Position numbers and translations under genes: made by a program. Below the pieces are notes generated by a model. That model was not told the origin of the DNA, ran no database searches, and saw only the letters and a program-made list of their open reading frames with translations. A DNA stretch of 34,325 nucleotides from Deltaproteobacteria bacterium (GTDB lineage Bacteria; Myxococcota_A; Polyangia; Haliangiales; Haliangiaceae). Shown here one piece after another: positions 10,344 to 20,260 of the stretch (positions are counted from its first letter, which is position 1; the number at the start of each line of letters is the position of its first letter). The DNA lies in assembly GCA_021413675.1 (NCBI GenBank), contig JAIOQA010000083.1:1-34325 (forward strand). Reading direction: 5' to 3'.

Positions 10344-10964
10344 ATGAAGAGCAGTCGCACCCGGCTCCCGGCGACCGAGCGCCGCGCCCAGCTCATCGAT
10401 GTCGGCCGCGCGGTGTTCGCGAAGCACGGCTACGAGGCGACCTCGATGGAGGACATCGCCGACAAGGCCAAGGTCTCCAAGCCGATCGTCTACGAGCACT
10501 TCGGCGGCAAGGAGGGCCTCTACGCGGTCGTCGTCGATCGCGAGATGGACTACGTCGTGCGGCGGATCGTCGAGGCGATCGCCTCGGGCTCGCCGCGCGA
10601 GCGGGTGGAGCGCGCGGCGCTGGCGTTCCTCAACTACGTCAAGGATCATCCCGATGGCTTCGCCGTGCTGTCGCAGGACTCACCGCTGACCTCGTCGCGC
10701 GGGCGGCTGTCGAGCCTGCTCAACGATCTCGCCGAGCGCGTCGGCGACGTGTTCGCCGCCGGGTTCAAGGACGCCGGGTTCGATCCCAAGTCGGCGCCGA
10801 TCTACGCCCACGCGCTGGTCGGCATGATCACCTTCGTCGGCAAGTGGTGGACCGACGTCCGCAAGCCCTCGGTCGAGGAGGTCGCCAAGCACATCGGCGC
10901 GCTGGCCTGGATGGGCCTGCGCCACCTGCCGAAGAAGCCGACGCTGGCGATCCGCCCGGGCTGA
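10344..10964 (+). CDS. desT: TetR-family transcriptional repressor (DesT-like, divergent from desCB)
   Basis: The HTH reads [52 protein letters not shown] 10344 was chosen over the track's GTG 10281 so that the operator-like site lies upstream. Confidence 0.85.
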   Translation: MKSSRTRLPATERRAQLIDVGRAVFAKHGYEATSMEDIADKAKVSKPIVYEHFGGKEGLYAVVVDREMDYVVRRIVEAIASGSPRERVERAALAFLNYVKDHPDGFAVLSQDSPLTSSRGRLSSLLNDLAERVGDVFAAGFKDAGFDPKSAPIYAHALVGMITFVGKWWTDVRKPSVEEVAKHIGALAWMGLRHLPKKPTLAIRPG

Positions 10965-11017
10965 GCCAGGTGCCGCGGATCGCGAGCGGCGATCGCGATC
11001 CGGTGGTACCCCTACCG

Positions 11018-11683
11018 ATGATCGATCTGTACACCGCCGCCACGCCCAACGGCCACAAGGTCTCGATCGCGCTCGAGGAGCTCGCCCTGCCCTACACGGT
11101 CCACGCGATCGATCTGGGCAAGCGCATGCAGAAGGAGCCGGCGTTCCTGCGGCTGAACCCCAACGGTCGCATCCCGGTGATCGTCGACCGCGCGCACGAG
11201 GACTTCGCCGTGTTCGAGTCCGGCGCGATCCTCCTGTACCTCGCGGAGCAGACCGGCCGCCTCCTGCCGACCGACGCGAAGGGCCGCTCGCTCGTCGTGC
11301 AGTGGTTGATGTTCCAGATGTCGGCGGTCGGGCCGATGATGGGTCAGGCCAACGTCTTCCACCGCTACTTCCCCGAGAAGATCCCCGCCGCGATCCAGCG
11401 CTACCAGAACGAAAGTCGCCGGCTGTTCGAGGTGCTCGACGGTCGGCTCGCCGAGAGCGAGTGGCTGGCCGCCGACTACTCGATCGCCGACATCGCCACG
11501 TATCCCTGGGTCAAGACGCACGACTGGTCGGGCGTGTCGGTCGAGGGACTACCGCAGCTCCAGCGCTGGATGGCCGCCTGCGCGGCGCGCCCGGCGGTGG
11601 TGCGCGGCCTCGCGGTCCCGGCCCGGCGCGACGCCGACGCGGCGGCGGTCGCGAAGACCGGCGCGTCGATCATCCAGCTGTGA
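11018..11683 (+). CDS. yfcG: Nu-class glutathione S-transferase (YfcG-like GSH-dependent disulfide-bond oxidoreductase)
   Basis: The N-terminus [22 protein letters not shown]...[15 protein letters not shown]...[12 protein letters not shown] is closely similar to E. coli YfcG (MIDLYFAPTPNGHKI...). ATG at 11018 verified. Confidence 0.85.
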   Translation: MIDLYTAATPNGHKVSIALEELALPYTVHAIDLGKRMQKEPAFLRLNPNGRIPVIVDRAHEDFAVFESGAILLYLAEQTGRLLPTDAKGRSLVVQWLMFQMSAVGPMMGQANVFHRYFPEKIPAAIQRYQNESRRLFEVLDGRLAESEWLAADYSIADIATYPWVKTHDWSGVSVEGLPQLQRWMAACAARPAVVRGLAVPARRDADAAAVAKTGASIIQL

Positions 11684-11798
11684 TGCACGGCGTCGCACAC
11701 AGTGGCCGGTGAGCCTGCCACTCGCACCTACGTCCGGCGATCGGACAGTGCCACCGACGAGGATTGACGAGCCCGCGCGCCACACGCTACGAAGGACG

Positions 11799-13262
11799 AT
11801 GTCTCGATTTCACTTTGCTGTGATGAGCCTGACACTCGTGGCGTGTGGTGGTGGGAGCTCGAACCCGCCGGATGCGAATCCGCCGGATGCGGCGCCGCCG
11901 GTGGTGACGCTGGGCGTGCCGTGCACCGACACGACCGACGACGTCTACAAGCTGCCGGCCTCGGAGCCGGCGTTCGACGAGACCCACCGGGGCGACGTGT
12001 TCCGGTGCTCGCGCGACCGCTGGATCGACGCGGCCTCGCTCGACGCCGCCGCGCGCGTGGCCGGCTACGTCGGCCCGACCTTGACCAGCGGCGCGACGAT
12101 CTTCCGGATCGCGTATCGCACCGAGCGCGCCACCGAGGGCACCGAGCTGGTCGAGGGCCACAGCGCCGGCTTCCTGCTCGTCCCCGACGCGCCGCGCGCG
12201 ACCGGCGCGCTGGTCGTCTACGCCCACCCGACCGTCGGCATCGCGCCGATCTGCGCGCCGTCGCACCTCGACCTCGGCGCCCGGGACGACGGCTGGGAGG
12301 CGGTGCGCTCGCCGATGCTCGCGATGGTCGGCGCGGGCTTCACCGTCATCGCGCCCGACTACGCCGGCTTCAGCTACGGCGAGCCGCCGTCGTTCGCGAT
12401 CTCGTCGGATGAGGGCCGCTCGATCCTCGACGCGACCCGCGCGGCGACCCACCTCCTGCCCACGGCGATCCGCCCGGGCAAGGTCGTGATCGTCGGTCAC
12501 TCGATCGGCGGCCACGGCGCGCTGTCGGCGCACGCCATGGCGGCGAGCTACGGCCATGATGGCGAGCTGGTCGGCGTCGCGACCTACGCGCCGTTCTGGG
12601 TCTCGAACCTGGCGTGGGGCGGGTTGCTGAGCCCGTCGCTCGGCTTCAACACCACGACCGCGTCGTACCTCCTCGCCTACGACCTGATCTACTTCTACAC
12701 GCACGGCGAGGTGCTCGATGGCCCCGGCCACGGCGTGGACCTCATCAAGCCCGAGAAGCAGGCGGCGGTGACCACGCTGGTCACGACCAAGTGCCTCACC
12801 CCGGTCGCCGAGGGCATGAAGGACCTGGGCGCGACCCCGGCGGACTACTTCACCCCGACCGCGGTGAGCGTGCTCGGCAACTGCGGCCTGTCGGGCAACT
12901 GCACGACCGACCCGTCGCCCAAGTGGTTCACCCGCTTCCTCGCCGACCGCCCGGCCATCGACGCCGCGGGCGCGCCGATCGTGATGTGGTTCGGAGAGAA
13001 GGACACGACCGTGACGCCCGGCTTCGCGCGCTGCGCGGTCGAGAAGATCGAGAAGGATCTCGGCACCTCGGGCACCACCGCGATCACGCTCTGCGACGAT
13101 CCCGACGGCGAGCACAGCACCGGCCCGAAGAAGCAGGCCGCTTGGGTGAACGACTGGATCGCCGCGCGGGTGGACGGCACCGCCGAGCCGACCTGCACCG
13201 CCCCCAAGGCGCCCGCCGACGGCGGTGCGGCGTGCCCGGCGCTCCCGCCGAACCAGTTCTGA
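11799..13262 (+). CDS. Secreted lipase-like alpha/beta hydrolase lipoprotein
   Basis: ATG 11799 follows GAAGGA. The signal and lipobox read MSRFHFAVMSLTLVAC, followed by a Pro/Ala-rich linker. It has a GHSIGG nucleophile elbow and a Cys-rich C-terminus. Confidence 0.8.
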   Translation: MSRFHFAVMSLTLVACGGGSSNPPDANPPDAAPPVVTLGVPCTDTTDDVYKLPASEPAFDETHRGDVFRCSRDRWIDAASLDAAARVAGYVGPTLTSGATIFRIAYRTERATEGTELVEGHSAGFLLVPDAPRATGALVVYAHPTVGIAPICAPSHLDLGARDDGWEAVRSPMLAMVGAGFTVIAPDYAGFSYGEPPSFAISSDEGRSILDATRAATHLLPTAIRPGKVVIVGHSIGGHGALSAHAMAASYGHDGELVGVATYAPFWVSNLAWGGLLSPSLGFNTTTASYLLAYDLIYFYTHGEVLDGPGHGVDLIKPEKQAAVTTLVTTKCLTPVAEGMKDLGATPADYFTPTAVSVLGNCGLSGNCTTDPSPKWFTRFLADRPAIDAAGAPIVMWFGEKDTTVTPGFARCAVEKIEKDLGTSGTTAITLCDDPDGEHSTGPKKQAAWVNDWIAARVDGTAEPTCTAPKAPADGGAACPALPPNQF

Positions 13263-13385
13263 CGCCTCGGAGCAATCTCGGGCGATCGCGCCAGCCCGTC
13301 GCGGTCGCCCGGCCCGACCGCGATTGTCAGCGCCGGTGACGACCCCGACGGCGACGTAACCGTAGGTCGCCACCATGATGCCGGC

Positions 13386-14270
13386 ATGCGGAACACGCTG
13401 CTCGTCGCGCTCGCGCTCGTGGTTGGTTGTGGCGGGTCGTCGCCGTCGTCGGACACCGATGCCGCGGCACAGGACGGCGACGCGGCCCCCGGCGACGGCG
13501 CCGTGGGCGCGGTCGATGCCTCCCCCGGCGCACCCGACGCCGGCGCGACCCAGACCGCCGGGTGCGGCATGAGCGGCGGCGCGCCCGGCCTGCAGACCAA
13601 GACGCTCACGGTCGCCAACGTCGCGCGCACCTACCGCGTGTTCGTGCCGACCGGCTACGACTCGTCGACGCCGACCCGCCTGGTGTTCGTGTTCCACGGC
13701 CTCGGCGGCGACGGCAACCAGATCCGCGCGTACTTCGGCTTCGAGGCCCAGGCCGGCGGCCAGGCGCTGTTCGTCTATCCCGATGGCCTCGTCGTGCAGG
13801 GCGGGCAGACCGGCTGGGCCGCGAGCGACCTCGCGTTCTTCGACGCGATGGTCACCGAGATCTCGGCGCACTATTGTGTTGACCCGCAGCGCATCTTCGC
13901 CGCCGGCCACAGCTTCGGCGGCTACATGTCGAACCTCGTCGGCTGCTCGCGCGGCACCGTGGTCCGCGCGATCGCGCCGGTCTCCGGTGGGCTCGCCGGC
14001 GGCGCGTGCGATCACCCGGTCGCCGCCTGGATCGCCCACGGTGACAATGACCAGACCGTGAACCAGAGCGAAGGCATCGCGGCGCGCGATCGCTGGCGGA
14101 TGGAGAACGGCTGCGCCACGACCTCGACCGCGACCGATCCGACGCCGTGCGTGACCTATGACGGCTGCTCGGCGGGCCACCCCGTGACGTGGTGCTCGTT
14201 CAGCGGCGGGCACTACCCGCTGCCGGCGTTCATCAAGCCGGGCATCTGGAACTTCCTCGCGCAGTTCTGA
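13386..14270 (+). CDS. Secreted esterase lipoprotein (PHB-depolymerase/feruloyl-esterase-like alpha/beta hydrolase)
   Basis: The lipobox reads LALVVGC, followed by a Gly/Asp/Ala-rich linker. It reads RLVFVFHGLGGDG and has a GHSFGG nucleophile elbow. Confidence 0.8.
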   Translation: MRNTLLVALALVVGCGGSSPSSDTDAAAQDGDAAPGDGAVGAVDASPGAPDAGATQTAGCGMSGGAPGLQTKTLTVANVARTYRVFVPTGYDSSTPTRLVFVFHGLGGDGNQIRAYFGFEAQAGGQALFVYPDGLVVQGGQTGWAASDLAFFDAMVTEISAHYCVDPQRIFAAGHSFGGYMSNLVGCSRGTVVRAIAPVSGGLAGGACDHPVAAWIAHGDNDQTVNQSEGIAARDRWRMENGCATTSTATDPTPCVTYDGCSAGHPVTWCSFSGGHYPLPAFIKPGIWNFLAQF

Positions 14271-14370
14271 CCGTCACCGACGGTCGCGCACCGCCGGGCG
14301 ACCGAAGCCCGGCGAGATGGTGGCCAGCGCGTGACCGGATCGTGTCCGCGGCGGCCCTACCTTCGGCGGC

Positions 14371-15003
14371 ATGGAGCTCGCCCGACCCACGCTGCGCGGT
14401 GTCTCGCACCGCTTCGCGTTCTTCATCGCCCTGGGCGCGGGCGTCACGATGGTGGCGCAGGCGCGCGCCCTGCCCGCGCTGGTGACGACGGCGATCTACG
14501 CCGCCACGCTGGCGGCGCTGTTCGGCATCAGCTCGACCTATCACCTGCACCCGGGCGATCTGCGCGCGCGGCGCGGCTGGCAGCGCGCCGATCACGCGAT
14601 GATCTTCATCTTCATCGCCGGGACGTACACGCCGATCTCGCTGCTCGCGGTCGGCGGCGCTGACGGCATCAAGCTGCTCGCGCTGGTGTGGATCGGCGCA
14701 GGCCTCGGCGCGCTGCGCGCGATCGCGTGGCCCGACGCGCCGCGCGTGATCAGCACGGTCCTGTACCTCGCGCTGGGCTGGGCGATGGTGTGGTACTGGC
14801 CCGCGGTCCGCGCCGCGCTGTCGCCCGTGGGGCTGGCGCTGCTGTTCGCCGGCGGCGCCTGCTACACGGTCGGCGCGGTCATCTATGCGCTGCGCCGCCC
14901 GGATCCGCTGCCGGCGGTGTTCGGCTACCACGAGGTGTTCCACGCGCTGGTGATCGCGGGCAGCGCGTGCCACTTCGCGCTCGTGCTGATGGTGGTTCGC
15001 TAG
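14371..15003 (+). CDS. Hemolysin III / PAQR family membrane protein
   Basis: It is 7-TM, with the characteristic HLHPGD...ADHAMIFIFIAGTYTP...GYHEVFHALV motifs. Confidence 0.85.
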   Translation: MELARPTLRGVSHRFAFFIALGAGVTMVAQARALPALVTTAIYAATLAALFGISSTYHLHPGDLRARRGWQRADHAMIFIFIAGTYTPISLLAVGGADGIKLLALVWIGAGLGALRAIAWPDAPRVISTVLYLALGWAMVWYWPAVRAALSPVGLALLFAGGACYTVGAVIYALRRPDPLPAVFGYHEVFHALVIAGSACHFALVLMVVR

Positions 15004-15140
15004 GCCGCGGGGCGCGAGCCGCGATTTCGCGCAAATGACGCGCGGCCGCGCGCAGCGTCGAGCGTGAGAGTGGCGCCAACGCGCCGATCCACCGCACCGC
15101 CGCCACTGGTTCGTCACGATCGCGGTGTTACGTTGCCGGC

Positions 15141-16280
15141 GTGCTCGACTTGAACCAACGCGTCGTCCTGGATCGCGCGGGGTTCGCGGCGCTCCTGCAG
15201 GCGCTCGCCGATGACGGCCACGCGCTCGTCGGCCCGACGGTGGGCGACGGCGCGATCGTGCTCGACGCGATCGCCGGGATCGACGATCTCCCGCGCGGCG
15301 TCGGCGACGACCAGGCCCCTGGCCACTACCGCCTGCGCGATCGCGGCGACGCCGCGCTGTTCGGCTACGCGGTGTCGCCGCACGCGTGGAAGCGCGAGCT
15401 GCTGCCGCCGCGCGTGCCGCTGGTGCAGATCCGGCGCAGCGCGACCGGCCTCGCGATCGAGGCGGCGCCCGCCCCGACCCGCAAGGTCGCGTTCATCGGC
15501 GTGCGCGGGTGCGAGCTGGCCGCGATCGCCATCCAGGATCGCGTGCTCGCGACCGGCGCCCACCCCGACGCCGACTACGCCGCGCGGCGCGCGCAGAGCT
15601 TCATCCTGGCGGTCCACTGCGGCTCGCCCGCCGGCACGTGCTTCTGCGTGTCGATGGAGACCGGCCCCCGCGCGCGCGGCGCGTTCGACCTCGCGGCCAC
15701 CGAGCTGCTCGACGGCGAGCACCGCTTCGTCATCGAGATCGGCAGCGACGCCGGCCGGGCGATCCTCGCGCGCGTCGCGAGCCGCACCGCCACCACCGAC
15801 GACGTCACCGCCGCCACCGCCGTCACCGATCACGCGGCGACGCAGATGGGCCGCGCGATGCCGACCGCGGGCCTGCGCGATCTGCTGATGGCGAACCTCG
15901 AGCACCCGCGCTGGCAGCACGTCGCGGATCGCTGCCTCGGCTGCGCCAACTGCACGATGTCGTGCCCGACCTGCTTCTGCACGAGCGTCGAGGACACGAC
16001 CGATCTCTCGGGCGACGTCGCGACCCGCACGCGCCGCTGGGACTCCTGCTTCACCGCCGACTTCGCCTACGTCCACGGCGGCAGCGCGCGACCGTCGCTG
16101 CGCGCGCGCTACCGGCAGTGGATGACCCACAAGCTCGCGACCTGGCACGATCAGTTCGACTCGTCGGGCTGCGTCGGCTGCGGCCGCTGCATCACCTGGT
16201 GCCCGGTCGGCATCGATCTCACCGAGGAGGTCGCCGCGATCCGCGCCGCGCCCGCCCCCAGGAGCCACGCCGATGGATGA
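15141..16280 (+). CDS. hydB: [NiFe] hydrogenase (group 3b-type) Fe-S beta subunit (HydB/AsrA-like 4Fe-4S dicluster protein)
   Basis: It starts at GTG 15141. It has Cys clusters [26 protein letters not shown] and [12 protein letters not shown]. It is the first gene of a B-G-D-A gene order like Pyrococcus sulfhydrogenase. Confidence 0.82.
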   Translation: MLDLNQRVVLDRAGFAALLQALADDGHALVGPTVGDGAIVLDAIAGIDDLPRGVGDDQAPGHYRLRDRGDAALFGYAVSPHAWKRELLPPRVPLVQIRRSATGLAIEAAPAPTRKVAFIGVRGCELAAIAIQDRVLATGAHPDADYAARRAQSFILAVHCGSPAGTCFCVSMETGPRARGAFDLAATELLDGEHRFVIEIGSDAGRAILARVASRTATTDDVTAATAVTDHAATQMGRAMPTAGLRDLLMANLEHPRWQHVADRCLGCANCTMSCPTCFCTSVEDTTDLSGDVATRTRRWDSCFTADFAYVHGGSARPSLRARYRQWMTHKLATWHDQFDSSGCVGCGRCITWCPVGIDLTEEVAAIRAAPAPRSHADG

Positions 16281-16722
16281 TCTCGAACGGATCCTCAAGA
16301 CCCACCCGTTCATCGCGGATCTCATGCCCGCGCACGTGCGGTTCCTGGTCGGCTGCGCCAAGAACGTGCGCTTCCGCCCGGGCGAGTACCTGATGCGCGA
16401 GGGCGACCGCGAGGACACCCTCTACCTGATCCGCCAGGGCACGGTCACGATCGAGATGCCGCGCCCGGGCGCCGAGCCGAGCTGCCTCGAGACCGTCGGC
16501 CCCGGCGACGTCCTCGGCGTGTCGTGCCTGACGCCGCGCGCCGCCCACCTCGACTGCCGCGCGCGCGAGAACGTCGTCGCGATCGGCATCGACAACGCCT
16601 GCCTGCACCGCAAGATGGACGAGGATCCGCGCCTCGGCTACGCGATCTCGATGCGCCTGCTGGAGCGCACGTACGACCGGCTGGCGCGCGCGCGGCTACA
16701 GCACCTGGACGTGTACCGGTGA
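16273..16722 (+). CDS. Stand-alone cyclic-nucleotide-binding (CAP effector) domain protein, 149 aa, no DNA-binding domain
   Basis: A cNMP-binding beta-roll reads [27 protein letters not shown]...GPGDVLG, followed by a C-helix. It overlaps the hydB stop by 8 nt, and its own stop overlaps the next start (TGATG). Confidence 0.8.
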   Translation: MDDLERILKTHPFIADLMPAHVRFLVGCAKNVRFRPGEYLMREGDREDTLYLIRQGTVTIEMPRPGAEPSCLETVGPGDVLGVSCLTPRAAHLDCRARENVVAIGIDNACLHRKMDEDPRLGYAISMRLLERTYDRLARARLQHLDVYR

Positions 16723-17558
16723 TGGCGACGAGCCTCCCGGTCGCGGCGAACGCATACGCGCTCGAGCCGATGACGATCGCGCGCGCGAGCCGCGATCTCG
16801 ACGACGTCTTCACGTTCGAGTTCGACGTTCCCGGCGGCTTCGCGTTCCGGCCCGGGCAGTTCAACATGCTGTACGTGCACGGGGTCGGCGAGGTCCCGAT
16901 CTCGATCAGCGGCGATCCGGCGACCCCGCAGCGGCTGGTCCACACGATCCGCGCGGTCGGCACGGTCACCCGGGTCATGGACAAGCTCAAGGCCGGCGAT
17001 GTCCTCGGCGTGCGCGGGCCCTACGGCGCCGCCTGGCCGCTCGACGAGCTGCGCGGCAAGGACGTGCTGGTCATGACCGGCGGGCTCGGCCTCGCGCCGC
17101 TGCGCCCGGCCATCCTGCACCTCCTCGCCCACCGCGGCGACTACGGCCGGATCACGATCCTGTACGGCGCGCGCTCGCCCGCCGACATCCTCTACCGCGA
17201 CGAGCTCGCGCGCTGGCGCGGCCGCTTCGACTGCCGGGTCGAGGCGATCGTCGATCGCGCCGGCCGCGACTGGTACGGCCCGATCGGCGTGGTCACGCGC
17301 CTGCTCGACGGGCTCCCGCTCGATCCCGACGACGGCGTGCTCCTGTGCGGGCCGGAGATCATGATGCGGTTCGCGGTCCGCGCCCTCGACGAGCGCGGCG
17401 TGCCGCGGACCAACATCTGGGTGTCGCTCGAGCGCAGCATGAAGTGCGGCGTCGGCCTGTGCGGCCACTGCCAGCTCGGTGGATCGTTCGTGTGCAAGGA
17501 CGGCCCGGTCTACCGCTTCGATCGCATCGCGCCGGCCTTGCAGGTGCGGGAGCTCTGA
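16722..17558 (+). CDS. hydG: [NiFe] hydrogenase gamma subunit (FAD/NAD(P)-binding oxidoreductase with C-terminal 2Fe-2S, HydG/AsrB-like)
   Basis: It reads MATSLPV..., has an FNR-like fold ([22 protein letters not shown]) and a C-terminal [10 protein letters not shown]. The ATG at 16722 overlaps the previous stop (TGATG). Confidence 0.85.
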   Translation: MATSLPVAANAYALEPMTIARASRDLDDVFTFEFDVPGGFAFRPGQFNMLYVHGVGEVPISISGDPATPQRLVHTIRAVGTVTRVMDKLKAGDVLGVRGPYGAAWPLDELRGKDVLVMTGGLGLAPLRPAILHLLAHRGDYGRITILYGARSPADILYRDELARWRGRFDCRVEAIVDRAGRDWYGPIGVVTRLLDGLPLDPDDGVLLCGPEIMMRFAVRALDERGVPRTNIWVSLERSMKCGVGLCGHCQLGGSFVCKDGPVYRFDRIAPALQVREL

Positions 17559-18352
17559 TGTCGCGCCCCACGCTCGCGGTCTGGAAGTTCGCGTCCTGCG
17601 ACGGCTGCCAGCTCAGCCTGCTCGACTGCGAGGACGAGCTGCTCGCGGTCTGCGGCGCGATCGAGCTGGCCTCGTTCGCCGAGGCTACCTCCCACGTCGC
17701 GCCCGGACCCTACGATCTGTCGCTGGTCGAGGGCTCGATCACCACGCCCCACGACGCCCTTCGCATCAAGGAGATCCGCGCGCAGTCGAAGACGCTGGTG
17801 ACGATCGGCGCGTGCGCGACCAGCGGCGGGCTGCAGGCGCTGCGCAACACCCGCGATCACGCGGCGATGCTGGCCTCGGTCTACGCGCGCCCCGACTACC
17901 TCGAGACGCTCGCGACCTCGACGGCGATCGCCGATCACGTGCCGGTCGACTTCGAGCTGCGCGGCTGTCCGATCGACAAGCACCAGCTGCTCGAGGTGGT
18001 GTCCGCGTTCCTGCACGGCCGCAAGCCCAACGTGCAGCGCCACTCGACCTGCCTCGAGTGCAAGATGCGCGGCACGGTGTGCGTGATGGTCGCGAAGGGC
18101 CAGCCGTGCCTCGGCCCGGTGACCCACGCTGGCTGCAACGCGCTGTGCCCGACCTACGCGCGCGGTTGCTTCGGCTGCTTCGGGCCGAGCGACGCGGCGC
18201 GCCCGGTGCCGATGGCGGATCGCCTGATCGCGCTGGGCACGGCGCGGCCGGTGGTCGAGCGCCTGTTCGAGACGTTCAACGTCGCGGCGCCCGCGTTCCG
18301 CGAGGGCGCCGCCCGCGCGCGCGGCGACGCGCCGCCCAAGGATCACGAATGA
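17558..18352 (+). CDS. hydD: [NiFe] hydrogenase small (delta) subunit
   Basis: It reads [20 protein letters not shown]...GACATSGG...GCP...CLECK...[14 protein letters not shown], a NuoB-like small-subunit cysteine pattern. The start overlaps the previous stop (TGATG). Confidence 0.9.
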   Translation: MSRPTLAVWKFASCDGCQLSLLDCEDELLAVCGAIELASFAEATSHVAPGPYDLSLVEGSITTPHDALRIKEIRAQSKTLVTIGACATSGGLQALRNTRDHAAMLASVYARPDYLETLATSTAIADHVPVDFELRGCPIDKHQLLEVVSAFLHGRKPNVQRHSTCLECKMRGTVCVMVAKGQPCLGPVTHAGCNALCPTYARGCFGCFGPSDAARPVPMADRLIALGTARPVVERLFETFNVAAPAFREGAARARGDAPPKDHE

Positions 18353-19641
18353 CCCGGACCATCAACGTCGAGGTGCTCGCCCGTGTCGAGGGCGAGGGCG
18401 CGCTCACCCTCGTGCTCGACGGCGAGGAGGTCGTCGACGCGCGCCTGCGGCTGTTCGAGCCGCCGCGGCTGTTCGAGGCGATGATGCAGGGCCGCGCCTG
18501 CACCGAGGCGCCCGATCTCACCGCGCGGATCTGCGGCATCTGCCCGGTCGCGTACCAGATGAGCGCGTGCCACGCGGTCGAAGATGCGCTGGGCGTGACG
18601 GTCGGCGGCGAGCTGCGCGAGCTGCGCCGGCTCCTGTACTGCGGCGAGTGGATCGAGAGCCACGTGCTGCACATGGTGATGCTGCACGCGCCCGACTTCT
18701 TCCGCGTGCCCGACGTCACCGCGCTGGCCGCGCTCCACCCCGAGCGGGTGCGCGGCGCGCTGCAGGTGAAGAAGGCCGGCAACGCGATCGTCGCCGCGCT
18801 CGGCGGCCGCGAGATCCACCCGATCAACGTCAAGGTCGGCGGCTTCTACCGCGCGCCGCGCCGGGCCGAGCTCGTGGCGCTCCTGCCCGATCTGCGCGCC
18901 GCCCTCGACGAGGCCGAGCAGCTCCTCGACTGGACGAGCACGTTCGCGTTCCCCGAGTTCGCGCGCGACTACGAGCTGGTGTCCCTGCGCCACCCGAGCG
19001 AGTACCCGATGAACGAGGGCCGTCTGGTCTCGACCAAGGGCCTCGACATCGACGTGCGCGAGTTCCGCGAGTACCTGCGCGAGGAGCAGGTGCCGCACTC
19101 GACCGCGCTGCACGCGCAGATCGTCGGGCGCGGTTCGTATCAGTGCGGGCCGCTCGCGCGGTTCGTGCAGAACTTCGACCGGCTGTCGTCGCGCGCGGCG
19201 GCGGCCGCAGCCCGGGTCGGCCTCGATCCGAGCTGCCGCAACCCGTTCCGCATGCTGCTGGTGCGCGGCGTCGAGACCATCTACGCCCTCGGCGAGGCGA
19301 TCCGCGTCATCGAGGCCTACGTGCCCCCGACGCCCGCCGCGGTGCCGCTGCCGATGCGCGCTGGCGTGGGCCACGCCGTGACCGAGGCGCCGCGCGGCAT
19401 CCTCTATCACCGCTACGAGCTCGACGACGCCGGCCTGGTCACGCACGCGCAGATCACCCCGCCGACGTCGCAGAACCAGCGCGGCATCGAGGAGGATCTG
19501 CGCGCGATGGGCCCGACCCTGGCGAAGCTGTCGCTCGAGGACGCGACCCGCCACGCCGAGCACGCGATCCGCAACTACGATCCGTGCATCTCGTGCTCGA
19601 CCCACTTCCTGACCCTCACGATCGAGCAGCGCCGGGCGTGA
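18349..19641 (+). CDS. hydA: [NiFe] hydrogenase large (alpha) subunit
   Basis: The N-terminal motif is [10 protein letters not shown]. The C-terminal motif DPCISCSTH is followed by an 11-aa extension ([11 protein letters not shown]) of the kind removed by a maturation endopeptidase. The start overlaps the previous stop (ATGA). Confidence 0.9.
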   Translation: MTRTINVEVLARVEGEGALTLVLDGEEVVDARLRLFEPPRLFEAMMQGRACTEAPDLTARICGICPVAYQMSACHAVEDALGVTVGGELRELRRLLYCGEWIESHVLHMVMLHAPDFFRVPDVTALAALHPERVRGALQVKKAGNAIVAALGGREIHPINVKVGGFYRAPRRAELVALLPDLRAALDEAEQLLDWTSTFAFPEFARDYELVSLRHPSEYPMNEGRLVSTKGLDIDVREFREYLREEQVPHSTALHAQIVGRGSYQCGPLARFVQNFDRLSSRAAAAAARVGLDPSCRNPFRMLLVRGVETIYALGEAIRVIEAYVPPTPAAVPLPMRAGVGHAVTEAPRGILYHRYELDDAGLVTHAQITPPTSQNQRGIEEDLRAMGPTLAKLSLEDATRHAEHAIRNYDPCISCSTHFLTLTIEQRRA

Positions 19642-20189
19642 GCCCTGAGAAGTTGTCATCAACTTCGATCTGCTCCTGTTCCGGAGGAGATCGGGACCGT
19701 CGTCCTCGACGGGGCCGACCGATCGAAGGCGAGCCTGGAGGCGAACGCCTCACAGGCTCGTACGCGGTCATCGTCGGCATCGGCCAGGACGCCGCCGGCG
19801 ACGACGGCATCGGCCTCGCGGTCGCGCGGGCCCTGATCGCGCGCGGCGTGCCGGCGCGGCCGTGCGCGGATGCCTCGGTGCTGCTGCCGCTGTTCGCCGA
19901 GGGCCGCCGGGTCGTGCTGATCGACGCGGTGATCGGCGCCGCGCCGGGCACGGTGATGCAGCTCGATCCCGACGCGCTGGCGACCGGTCCCGCGCCGGTG
20001 TCCTCGCACGGCCTCGGGGTGCGCGAGGCGATCGCGCTGGGCCGCACGCTGTACGGCGCGGTGGCGATCGCGATCGTCGGGATCGCGATCGATCCGCCGC
20101 GCGAAGCGCGGGTCGGGCTATCGGCCGCGGTCGAGGCGGCGATCGCGCCGGCGAGCGCGCTCGCGAGCGCGCTGGCTACCGGCGGTTGA
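19638..20189 (+). CDS. Hydrogenase maturation endopeptidase (HycI/HoxW/HybD family)
   Basis: Conserved [23 protein letters not shown] and VVLIDAV motifs are present. There is no ATG upstream. GTG 19638 overlaps the hydA stop (GTGA), matching the coupling seen at the other junctions. TTG 19653 is an alternative. Either start gives an unusual N-terminal extension of about 36-41 aa before the conserved core. Confidence 0.65.
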   Translation: MSPEKLSSTSICSCSGGDRDRRPRRGRPIEGEPGGERLTGSYAVIVGIGQDAAGDDGIGLAVARALIARGVPARPCADASVLLPLFAEGRRVVLIDAVIGAAPGTVMQLDPDALATGPAPVSSHGLGVREAIALGRTLYGAVAIAIVGIAIDPPREARVGLSAAVEAAIAPASALASALATGG

Positions 20190-20260
20190 CCAGCACCCTC
20201 GGTTGCGCGCGCGCGAGACGCGGGCGACGCTGGTCGCATCCCAAGGAGGGGGGCCTCTCA

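Noticed and set aside
11787-14213. 808-aa minus-strand ORF across both lipase/esterase genes
   Set aside because: It is an antisense Arg/Gly-rich artefact. The + strand genes have signal peptides, catalytic motifs and high GC3.
15121-15140. tgTTACGTTGCc immediately upstream of the hydB GTG, resembling the DesT-like TTGTTAC(C)GTTGCG site
   Set aside because: It is one base shorter than the operator sites, and a single occurrence in GC-rich DNA is easily chance. It is not called as a regulatory site.
15004-15140. GC palindromes such as GCGCGGCCGCGC in the hemolysin-III/hydB intergenic region
   Set aside because: Short G/C-only palindromes are expected at high frequency in 72% GC DNA. No U-tract or recognisable promoter consensus accompanies them.
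15114-16990. Minus-strand ORFs 15114-16418 and 16445-16990 over hydB, the cNMP gene and hydG
   Set aside because: They are antisense, low-complexity artefacts.
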